This document shows positions 1 through 12,200 of a stretch of DNA of 36,257 nt, one piece after another. Position 1 is the first letter of the stretch. The number at the start of each line of letters is the position of its first letter. The DNA comes from Intoshia linei (lineage: Eukaryota; Animalia; Orthonectida). A model generated the notes under the pieces. That model was not told the origin of the DNA, did not search any database, and saw only the letters and a program-made list of their open reading frames with translations. A program made the translations under genes and the position numbers. The DNA lies in contig LWCA01000257.1 of assembly GCA_001642005.1 (NCBI GenBank), forward strand, positions 1 to 36,257, read 5' to 3'.

Positions 1-959
1 GGACTGTTAGCTACTGAATGTAGTTTTTCTTTTTACCATTTTATGTTAAATTTGAAATTTAAAAATTGCGTAGCAAGAAAAATCATTCCGAAGGAATAAA
101 TTATATAGATTTTCACCCATATGTCTTTACTGGAAATTTGTAGACGTACAATCCACATTTTTTTTTGAAATTGTAGGATCAATATTTACATTTTCAATTT
201 TTGATTTTAATTGAAATATTTGAAAAATATTGGTTGATAATATATTAAAAATTATTTTTCACCGGGAATGCGTAGATTTCTGGGGTTGAAATTTTGTATT
301 TATATCAACTGGAATAAGCTCTATCAGAATAATTCTTTTTTTTAATTTTCGGACTGTTATTTTATTTAATATTTTATATACATTATTTCACATTTATTGT
401 TTTAATAAAATGATTCGGAAAAAAATATATGAATACTAAAATGCTTTTTTGACCGTGAAGTCATCATTTATTCGGATTGAAATTTTTTATGTGTATTAAC
501 ATAATACAACTCTACCACCTGTAAAATTTTTGAAATTCTAAGGCTGTTTTCAAAAAAAAGGAAGGGTAATTTGGGATTTTGGCCATGAAAATATAATTTT
601 TTTAAATTAAATTTATGACAATGTTTATGATTTGAAAATCCGCATCAGCGTACGGGTTGGTATGATTAAAAACGTAAAAAATCATTAATCCTTTCTAATT
701 TCTTATGATAATAAATTTAATGATAGTTAATATTGGTTTATGTGACTTATATTTTTTATATCAAACTAGCTTGACTTTTATGTATTTAAAAACTTTTTTA
801 AAAACAGTGCAATTATACATGTAGTTACAATCCTAAAAATATGAAATCCTGAAAAAATAAAATTGAAATACCCGTATTACTTTATTTATTTTATATTGTA
901 AAGACGGCTTGCTTGTGTATGATGTAAAATTATTTGTAAAATGAGTAACTTAATTTTAG

Positions 960-3329
960 GATTTCGGATTTCTGAAAAACTTAATATTTTGTGACCTTTC
1001 TCATAACCGTTTAAGACAGTTGCCTGATTCTATAGTAAATTGTCGAAATCTATCGGAATTGTTTCTTTCTTTCAATAAATTGGAATGTTTGCCCAATAAT
1101 TTTGGAAATTTGTTATCTATCAACATTTTAAAGATTGACAACAACAGATTGACGTATTTACCTACCACCATTGGCAAATTAAAAAATTTATCCGAACTGG
1201 ACGCCAAACATAACAATATAACATGTCTAAATTCGTCAATTGGTTATCTTCAAAACCTGCATGTTTTACATTTGGATAAAAACAATTTGAAACTACTACC
1301 CGAAGAAATTTCTGGTTGTTTAAATTTAAGTATATTAACATTACGATCCAATAAAATTGAAACTTTGCCAGAGGATATTGGGAGACTGAAAATGTTGCGT
1401 GTTTTGGATTTATGTGAAAACAAGCTAGCATATGTGCCAATTTCAATGCAAAAACTTGTAAATTTGAGTGCTTTTTGGATTTCTCAAAATCAATCCAAAC
1501 CACTGATAAAGTTGCATGTTGAATCTGACGATGAAAGTGGTGATACGGTCTTGTCGTGTTTTTTGTTTCCTCAGATAGAGAACAACTTTTCATTGAATGG
1601 TACTAAAGATGCATCTATGTTGTCTAGTAATTGGTCTCAGAATCGTGGAATACATTCAATTAAATTTAAAGGTAAATATTTGGATAAGATTAGTAAGAAT
1701 TACCCTAAAGAGACTAAAAATAATTATTTACATTTGCAAAATGCATCCATTAGAAAGAAAAACTCTAATACATCAGATATTAATGATTCTGATGAATCTA
1801 CACATGTCTACAATGATACGCCCAATTCTAATTGTGATGAAAGTTTCCAAAATCTTAATGTAAATACTCCAAAAATACCTAAAAGTAAAAGTTGCAATTT
1901 TGTGGAACATGTCGACGATCATGATTCAAAATTGAATTGTATTATAAACACAGACGCGACTAGTGTTTCGAAAAAAAGAGTAGTAGGAAGAAAATCAATT
2001 CGCGAAAAAAACACGTCTATACCAAGTTCAGTTGAATCGTTTTTAAACGATAAAGATAATTTATCTGATAAACCCGTTTTTTCTCTAGAAAGTAATTCAT
2101 TATTTTCCTTTAATGACGTCAATATCCAACAGAATGATGAGTATATTGATTATAATTTTGGAGAGGAAATTGATGAAGCATGGAAAAATGAATTGAAAAG
2201 CATTGTTCCAAAATACACTCAAAATGTTGGAATGCATGGAAATTTCAAGAGGAATGGTTCATTTAAATCTGCCCTTTTGGTAAATGAAAATGTAGGTTAT
2301 ACTCAAATGTCGAACTCTAATCATGTAATGAAAAATTCAAAAACTTTTCATAATTTTGGAAATTTAAGTAACGACACGGATAATACTATATATTTAAACG
2401 GTAACATCTCTAAACATGCAAACGAATCGTATATTGAAGCTACCAAATCCAGTCAAAATTCTTGCCGTGAAAGCTTCACGTCCACAATTACCAAAAATCT
2501 ATATTCAAATTCTTTTTACAGCGACAAGGAACGAAGCCAATATCCTTTTTCCGAATGTAATCCTATTGATCTTAGTAAAACAAAAAACCAATCTTGTCCT
2601 AAAAAATTTAATGCATTCAAATTCACCAACCATCCTTATGAATCAAATCAAACCGAACCTCATTATGCTAATGAAACAGTTTTTTACAAACAAAATCCGA
2701 TTAATCATTATACAGACTCTGGTTATGAACATGCTTCCAGCGAATTACGAATATCTAGTATATATGTTTTTAAATTGTTGTTTTATTTATTTTAGCCAAT
2801 TCTCCCAAAAGTGTACATGTATATAATCAACAAAAATATCGCTTTAAACATGGTACCATTAATATTGAAGCTAAAAATGTAGATAACCCCTCTCAATATT
2901 TGGTAAGTCATTTTTTGTTGTAAAGTTTTCTTGAAATTTAGTAGTCTTTTTATTTATTTATTTAGTTCCAAGTAAATATTTTGAAAACTGATACTTTCGG
3001 TTTCAGTATTTCTGGTGGTGCTGATTCTTCCGGGCATCCTAGTAATTCCTATGATAAGGTATGATTACATAAATTATTTTTTGACATTAAATTCAATAAT
3101 TAGGGTATTTTTGTAACAAATGTTCAAATTAATGGACCAGCAGATGATATTTTGAAAGTTGGAGATAAAATATTAAAGGTACTTTTATTTTTTATTAAAG
3201 TTTACCGTTTCATAGGTTAATGGACAATGTTTATCTTCAAAAACACACTCTGAAGCTGCAAAAATTTTAAAAGATGTATCAATTAATGCAAATTTTATTA
3301 TTGAAAGACTCAATTCGAAAGAAGTCTAA
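960..3329 (+). CDS. LAP family protein (LRR + LAPSD + single C-terminal PDZ; Erbin/Densin-180/LET-413/Lap1-like), 5'-partial
   Basis: Exons 960-2757, 2796-2902, 2966-3058, 3104-3178 and 3216-3329 join in frame with GT-AG introns of 38, 63, 45 and 37 nt. Tandem LxxLxLxxNxLxxLP repeats, LAP-specific domain (LSAFWISQNQSKPLIKL...VLSCFLFPQ; WSQNR..IKF), a long Asn/Ser linker and one PDZ (FGFSISGG...GIFVTNV...GPADDILKVGDKILKVNG). The first visible exon starts after a ttttag acceptor, so earlier exons lie upstream of the window. Confidence 0.92.
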
Positions 3330-5145
3330 AATTTGATAAATATCTACTGTATATATTTAATTATGTATTTATTGACTAAATAAATTTAAATTAAAAGGTT
3401 TTTGTTTTACACGGATTTTGTTCGATGGAAGCAAACCTGCGTTAGATAATTGTTAGTGTTGAAAAGTTTAAATGCATGTATATTGTTTAAGGCAATTCAA
3501 GCATAATTACTGTATTTGGTTCCATGTAGGGTCCAATCGATACAAATTTAAAAAATCTAAACTAGCATTACATGTATTATAATTTATGCTGTTTTGAAAA
3601 AATGTTTGGTAGAATTCGATTTTTCATAAAATTAATAGATACAAATTATTTAGAAAATGTATGGATTGATAGGATTAATTTCATGTAAAATGGTTGAGAG
3701 AAATCTCTTAAATGGATCTGTTTATTATACAGTTTAGATCCTCTGCTTTTAATAATCAATTTGTAAGTTCTACAATGTAGGTATGTCGTGTATAGATAAT
3801 TGTAAATATCCAAATATTACATTTAAAATCACTCGTAGAGCACTCATGTTTGTTTTGTTTATCATAAATATAAGTTAATTAAATTATAAGAAATGTATTT
3901 ACATATAAATAGATATTCCGTCAAATGTGAAAATTTGTAATAAATTGTAAAAGTTATTTTATATTTTAGTCAATATTACATAAACTTTTAGCAGAACAGT
4001 ATGTATCGTTGATTAGGAAGAAAATGTTTTTTAATAGTATGCTATTGAGCTTTTGAAGATTCATGTCGATAAAAATTTTTAAAGAGAAACTGGGAATCAT
4101 AATTTTAACTTAATGTACAGTACGAGACAGTGATTCTCAATCTGTAGCCTTTGAAAAATTTTTGTGGTCCATCGAATATTTAAATGTCTCGTCTTTGTCC
4201 GTTTAGTGATTATGAGTTTGAGATCGTGAAGATATACTATATAGATGTATAATATGAATTGTCAATTTAAAAAATAAATCTGGTGGAATAATTGTTGATA
4301 ATAATCCCTATAATAAAGTCTCTGATATATTATGAGAATGGGGTTGCAAAACCGATAAATGGAATTTATTGTCTTTAAAAATATTTTCTCTAAAACAGTT
4401 TACCAGTTAAAGACATTTTGCTCATAATTCAATAAATCCCATAAAAAATATCCAAGAATTTTATAAACTTCATTGTGTATTGAATTTAATTGAAAACAAT
4501 TCTACGACTTTTTTAATTTTTACAAAAAAAATAATTTGTGGTTTTAACCATGAAGATATGAGTTTGAAATTTAAAATAATCATAATTTTGTTGATTTTAA
4601 AGTCTTGATCATATTATATAATTATTTATATTTTTTATAATTCTAGAACTGGTTTGAATTTAAAAAAAAGAACAATTAGGGTTTTGACCTTGATTTCTGA
4701 AAATTTTTAAAACTCGACTCCTCTTACTCTCTAAAAATAACTTGGCACAGACAAATAAATAAACAAACATACATTTTTAACTAAATTATTTTATATAAGT
4801 AAGGAATTTATTAGAAAGAAATTATCTAACGATAAAATAAAAATTGTAGCCTGCAATGGTTCTAAATATTTTATATTGATAAAATGTGAGTATTCTGAAA
4901 AAAGGTTGAGTCCCTGGTATATGAAGTAGTGACCGAACATCTAAACATTGTAGGTATTTTCTTTTAGAGTTAATTTGTTTCTTAAGAGTAAATTGGATTA
5001 AACACTTACTACTGGGTGAAAATAGTAAATGTCCAAAATTGGGCCGTTAAGAAAAAAATAAAAATAAATATAATATTTACATAAGTATAACAATGCAAAC
5101 AATTTAAACAAGTCGTTAAACCTTGGGTGGATGGCAAAATTTGGG

Positions 5146-5978
5146 TTATATATTGGCAGAACTAGTGATTGATTGGTTTCGTTTTTCTTTACTTCGTTTA
5201 TTTTGGAACCAAACCTAAAAAATATAAACCGTAAAGAGGAAAAAAATTAAAATTACTTGAACCACTCTGCTACTAAGACCAGTCGAAATGGCTAGTTGAC
5301 CTAGTTGGTCCCTTGTAGGTTTCTGAGCGTTTGTATAAAAATTTACTAAAGTAGAAAGTTGATTATCCGTGAGACTCGTCCGACGACCACGTTTAGTACT
5401 TTCTTTGGAATTTTTTTTTTTAGAAGAAACTAAATAAAATTTAATCATCTTGTAAAATTAAAAATTACAATCTTTTTCACATAATAAACCGAGTTTCACT
5501 GAAAAATGATAATTTTTTCCTGTACCTATCATTTCATTACAAACTTTACAAGTGAAACAATTTTGATGATACAGTACATCTCCAAGTTGAGAACGAGAAT
5601 TTAATTCAATTTCAAATGCGATAACCACATAATCGTCCGTATGTATTATAGATTTGCATTTATGACAGCGTTTACCTAATTTCCTAAAAAAATGAGCACA
5701 AATAATTAGAAAAATAACTCGTAATAATCCTTTTCACAATAAAAGTCATGATCCGTTTTGAAACATTTGTTTGTTACCGGTTGATCACATTCTTTACATT
5801 TTAAACACCCTGTATGCCAAAACTTATCGTCACTTCTTAAAAAATACTCGTCAGTAATATCTCTATTGCATATCATACAAAGTTGAAAAGGCTCAGAGAT
5901 TGACGCCGAAAGAGGGTTTATAATATTATTGTCCAGATTTAAATTATGTTGAAAATTTTTAGTTTTACAAAAAGTCAT
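5146..5978 (-). CDS. LIM-homeobox transcription factor (2 LIM + homeodomain), closest to the Lhx1/5 (lin-11/mec-3) class, 238 aa
   Basis: Exons 5978-5719, 5683-5469, 5429-5257 and 5214-5146 (introns 35, 39, 42 nt). LIM1 CMIC...WHTGCLKCKEC...YCEKD; LIM2 CHKC...YHQNCFTCKVC...LCEKD. Homeodomain KRGRRTSLTDNQLSTL...KPTR...TGLSSRVVQ/VWFQNKRSKEKR, with the common intron before VWFQN. The subclass call rests on KPTR and RSKE and is tentative. Confidence 0.9.
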
Positions 5979-6251
5979 TCAAATTATCTGCAATTGATTC
6001 AAAATCGACTATAACAATTAATTTAAACACATTAAAAGAATTTGAGCAAATATTGAAATTAACTTCATAAATAAAACACGTGATTCAAACCAAGTTAAAA
6101 TGTCAACATTTAGTTGAAGCAACATTTGAAGCAATATTTCGACATGTTTGAAACCAGAATTAACCATCGATACATGTACCAAACATTTTGTTTATAACTA
6201 CATTATTCCAATAACACCTTAAAAGATAGTCAAGAGTAAACGACGTAAATT

Positions 6252-9200
6252 TTATTTACAATTTGGGTCCAATTCCATCTCGATAGTGCTCTTTGAAACT
6301 TTATTATTGGTTGTGTCGTCTAAAAATTTATTACATTCATATAATTCATCAATTCTTAGATATTTGCTAAAACTATGTAAAAAATAAAAATACTATAGCA
6401 ACATATATTATATAAACTAGAAAATTATATTGCAGTGCTCTACAATCGAGTCTAGAACCTTTTTGTCTCGCGGGACAAGACTTGGGTAGCACTTTTGTAC
6501 TGTAATATAAAATTAAACACTAGTTTTAGATTGTTATCTAATATTTATGGAAATTTACATCTCAATCATTTCAATAATTAAAATACAATTTACATAATGC
6601 CAGTATTATACACTAGTATTTAAATTAAGTACAATATATATGAAATAAATTATATTAAGAAAAGTTAAACTTTAAATTTTCGTAGCCATTAAAGTAATTT
6701 AGTACAGTTAAAAAACAAATATTACCTGTAATATTCTCAATTTTACTTTAATCTCCCAACAATAAAATACATTGTTTAACCTTGATAAACAGTATTGAAA
6801 TTAATATTAATAACATACGTGTAATTCAGGGGTCGACAACCAGTGGCCAAAAGTGGCCTTTTGAGTAAATATGTAAATTATTTATTTTAAATTTTTAAAT
6901 GTTGTTTTAAACATTTTTTACTACATTGGCTCATTATAATCTTTTAATACTAGAACCGTTTCTCTTCAATTAAAATGTATTTCTTTTCATATCTATAGTA
7001 TTTATTTGATTTAGGCAATTTCTTGTTCAGTGATAGTATTTTTACGGCTTCGATACAATCTGTATCTTTCGATTGGCCATGTTTCCAATTGAATATGTCA
7101 GCATTTTGTACAATAGCGTTAGTAAATTTAGGACGTGATAATATATTTGCTGTGTCTAATTAATAGTTTTTTGGCAAATAGTGAATGTTGAACTGTATCG
7201 GAATGTTGCATTGCATGTGAAATGGGTTCACCACCCTGGTTTAAACTATTCTGAGAAGATGGAAACTTTTTAATAATCAATAATTGAGAAAACAAATAAG
7301 TTTATTATTTTTTTAACCCTTTCACAGTCTAAATAAATTTACTGATTCTCACCACACCGACAATTGAATTTGAATTTATGTTATCTAAAATTATCTAATA
7401 TTTAAATATGACTATTACTATGTAATGTTACATTAATATGTAAATTTTTTTTCTAAGCACCTGATAAAAATAATCTTTCCGTTCACAATAAATATTAAAA
7501 AAAATTAAGTTTAAAAAGCATAAATAAATTTTTACAACTATATTTACTGAGTACCACAGGTCGTTCTCAAACAGTGAAAGGGTTAATAAGAAATCCTAAT
7601 AAATAAATAGGAAATGAATTGATGTCAGTAATTTTTACTAATAAAATAAGTAAAATATACCCATCAGATCATTTTTCCTTTTATTTCGGTTAATTGAAGC
7701 AGACAAATTACTCCAGTCATCGATATCGGATGGACACCATTCTATAACTAATCGACGGCCATACAAGTGCGTACTGTGATAAAGGGACTTGAATGCTCTC
7801 TAAATGATACATTTTTTAATAAAAAATTTTCTGTATTTTCAACATAAAATTGTCAATATACACACTAAAATATCAGTAATAAAAAGTATTTTGTCAGTAT
7901 TCAATTACATATTTGTCAGTTTTTAATTGCTTTCTTGTCAGTACATAATTGCATTTTTGTCAGTAAATATATTAACTAGATCAGTATTCATCGAAAATTG
8001 TAAGTAACTCAACAAAAAAGTATATAGAAATAAACACATTTTGTAAAATAATATTTTGTCAGTAAAAAAATTGAATTGTAAGTTTGAAGATTTTGGAGTG
8101 TCAATATAAAAATTAAAAATCTGTTTTTTGAAATAATATATCATCCACTACAGACCCAAGTTAAAACTAAAATATTAAGATACCATATTATACCTACAAA
8201 CCATATCACAAAAAAATTAAAAATATTCTATGGTGTTCACACCAGAGAATATTTTTTTATGAAATAAAATTTTTTGTCAGTTTCATTTTATACAGAACAT
8301 TCAATTTAAATCTGACAGTATATGTAAAGTACTGACAAAATAATTTTTTTAACTGCCCTTCCAATTTAAAAACTGATAATGAATTATTTATACTGACACC
8401 TAAAATACTGAAAAATCACTGTTTCTACTGTCAAACCATCATCATATACTGACAAATCAATAAGAAAAATACTGACGCAATAAATGCACGCCTTTATTTA
8501 TTATCTTCAAATAATATTTTTCTCCTTCGAGCATTATGATGATATACTTTTTGACGTTTCCAGTAGTCAAACACCGTAATACAGTGATGAACAAATGTTA
8601 CCTGAGGTGGTCTTAGATGAAAATAAAATTTTTACACTTCATACTTAAACACGCCCTAATTATACATATATTGTATATGAATTTATTATATTTACAATTT
8701 GTTAACATTTCATACAATGTTCATACCTTTATCATATTTTAACAAAAAATGATACATTTTTTTATTGGATTATGTGAAAATTTTTTGGTTAGTTAAATTA
8801 GATTTGAAGACTGTTTATAAATATTATTCTAAAACTTACGGTTGCATCGGTGACAACTTTAAATTCGACAAAAGCAAATCCTCTGTGATCTCCAGTATAT
8901 TTTTTAGGAATACGAATAAATAAAATGTCTCCAAATACTCTAAATTAAATATTACATAATTTACAAAACACAAAAACCTGAAAAGTTCATATAATTCACG
9001 TTTCTTTGCCTCAAATGGTACATTTCTAACCATCATTTTTTTGCAATTTAATTTATTGTCCAAATCTGGTGATTTCGAGGTTGTTTTATGTTTGCTTTCA
9101 GTGCAATTTTGTCTATAAAATATATTAATATATATCTATAGATTATAATATATCAGGAGTCGGCAACCACTGGCCCGCGAGGTAAAAGTTACCCACAGAA

Positions 9201-12200
9201 TAATTTTTGTGGCCCTTTGAGTAAATTTGTATTTATTATTTTTAAATTTTCATCTTTTAACGTTTAAATTAAACAGTTTTTAACATTTTCTACTATAATT
9301 GGCTCATTATAATCATTTTAATACTGAATTTTCAGATCGGTCTGAATTTTATTTTGTTAAATATATGACAACCGTTTAACCTGAGTTAAAAGTGAATTTA
9401 TCATGTGTAAATTTTCAAAAACGGGGCTCGTAAAAAGTTTACTATTAACTGGATTAAACAATGAACAGAGGAACCAAAAAAATGTATATATGGGGCGTAT
9501 AATTTTCATAAGACCATGTTAATTCATCCCTTATTTTCTGAAATTTTAATTTTTGAAGGATGGGATACATTTTTAAAATGAAATTTATTATTATTCAAAC
9601 GGATCTTTATCACGTGAAATTTTTAGCAAATAAGGTCAGTTCAAACTGAATTATTATTCTTCTGATTCAGATTTAGTCACTTTCCTTTTTTGAGAAACAC
9701 ATGTTTTAATAATGAATCTACACTGTTGTGTACAATGTATTGTTTAGGTGCGAAATTTAATTTAATTGACATTTTCAAAAAAACAAACGGATTCAACTGA
9801 TATAATTTTACAGACACGATGACATGAAAAACGAATCAGCACAACTCTCTGGGGATTAATGCAACAATAGAAAATATAACACATTATAAAATGAGTTAAT
9901 TACAATTAATCACGATTACTATACAATACAAATTTTTGACTTAATAAAAATAATATATTAAATATGCACTATATTGCAGATTTCACGTTATGTGCCCACT
10001 CGTTAAATTTCTTGATTATAATAGTATATTTCAGTGTGGTATCTATATCCCTGCAACGGGCAAGGCTCGACAAAATTGTAAAATGGACCGAGTTAAAAAA
10101 ATAATTGAAACATCTATTTAAATTTGATGTTTTCGTATCGGTATTGTATTGTACGTATTTCAGCGAACACTAATTTTTTTGGGAAGTAGTGGATCATATC
10201 GTACCTAATCAAGACATAGGTACGAACAATAATTAAAACCACCACTAAAACCAACATTCAATATTTTTGTTATTATATAAGTCAATTATATTCAAACGAT
10301 AATAATTGCCTAGCTGATCAATTACAATTCCTCATATAAAAAGGTATACAACTGATTTCCATAGATAACGTTATAAATGAAATACAAATAGGTGATATCA
10401 ATTTACGTAGGTTTTTTATGACTCGATTTCTTAATTTGAATATTATGTCCATCCAATTTTGAATTTTGCAATTTAATTAAGGCTTTTTCTGCATCCTTTT
10501 TTGAATTAAATTCTACAAATCCATAACCCATAGACAACATTTTCCCTGGATTATTAACATCTACTTTGCCGCTGACGATAGCATTTTTGACGCCATCACA
10601 AGTTTTTTTAAAATGCTTTAAAAATAATAAACTTGGTACAATTATAAAAAATACCAGAGTTAATGATGTGGAATCGGTATCGAAATTTAAATTTTTTATA
10701 AATAAAACAAAATTTTCATTTTCAAGTTCAAGATTGTCATTTTGAATTGTTTGGTCAGATTTTGAGATGACTTGAGATTCTTTTTTTTGTTTTATAATAT
10801 TTTTATCAACAGACTCTAGCGGAGCCCATTCCAAATAAAGGGGTTTATCATAAAACTAAATACTGATGTTAAATGATTAAAAAATAACAAACCTTTTTGT
10901 AAGACAATTTATTAAACACAACTTTAGCATAACTGGACTCGTCAAACATTATCAATGCTGATATACCGGAAGGAGGTAGAATAATTTTGATTTCATATTT
11001 CCCTTCTTGCGAAAAAATATCTTGTAAATCCTCTTCAGTTGTCAAATGTGATAAATTTTTGGCTAAAATTATATCATTACTGCGTTTGTAATTTCCCTAG
11101 ATGAAAAGTCAACTACACATTTAAATTATCAACCTTAACGCAAAATGAATCCAATAAGACTCCGTTTTCAATCAAAAAAGTACGAGTTTCATTGACAAGT
11201 TGAGTTTCTGCTAGGGCCACCCTAACAGCAGAACTTTTTCCAGAATCCTGTATAAAATTAAATTAAGATCACTAATATAGTACAATATTTAACAACTCAG
11301 ATTTAGCAGTGTTCAACCGAGTCGACATTATTTCGTTGACATCGTCAATTCCCAAAAACAAACTGTTCCAACTTACAGTTCTATTTTACAAATGACTTTA
11401 TAAATAATTCTTTTAATTTCAATTACTTTTTATCCTTTTTACGTCGCAAATCCTTTTTTTGTTTGAATCCTTAAATTTCAAATTATTATTTAAGCCAATT
11501 TACCCAAGTTTTCATCTTCTTCGAAATCATTGTCGTTATGCTTTTTACATTGACCTTCAATAATATGAAGCATTCTACCCTATTTTCGTTTAAAAATTTA
11601 TATTTAATTTAAAACTTGAAATATTGATCCATCCAAATTTTCTAACGTATACATTAAAAAGATAATCAACTAAATTACCGAAAGCTTTAATGGCATTTTC
11701 AGGAAAAAGATAAGAAATGAAAGCAAATCCAAGCGGTTTATTTGTAGATAAATCAATAGGTAAATTTGTTTCAGTTAAATCGCCTAATTCAAATATTATA
11801 ATTGAGAAATTGAGAAACACTGATAAAATCCAATTCATATATGGTATATTCTAGTTCACCAAAATTGAGTTTCGGTACGAGATATTGAACAAGTATCTTA
11901 AACTTGAAGATACAGTATAGTTCAGTGTTTGTAAAACGCTAATACACAATTCAAGTTAAAGCAAATAATCTATAGACCCGTCCATAGAATTGTAAATTTT
12001 TATATTATTTTCTGAGAATATTCTTAAACCCAACCATTTTTACTAAAAATCAACTTTTACAAACCCTAAGGAAAATTCCAATTTTAACAACCCTTATGGG
12101 AAAACCCACTTTTACCAACCTTTAATGGAAATATTCGGTTTTAAAAACCTTTTAGGGAAAATTTCAGTTTTACCAACCCTAAAAAAAACATTCGGTTTTA

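Noticed and set aside
1001-2826. ORF-track ORFs at 1001-1216, 1162-1593, 1597-1863, 1919-2122 and 2416-2826
   Set aside because: Antisense or alternate-frame shadows of the long LAP exon, with no motifs.
3400-5100. Additional spliced gene between LAP and the LIM gene
   Set aside because: Scattered splice-like sites and short frames give no coherent model, and part of the region is repeat-derived.
8584-8640. C/D box snoRNA (GTGATGA...CTGA)
   Set aside because: It is antisense to the host gene, the boxes are too close together, and there is no terminal D box or stem.
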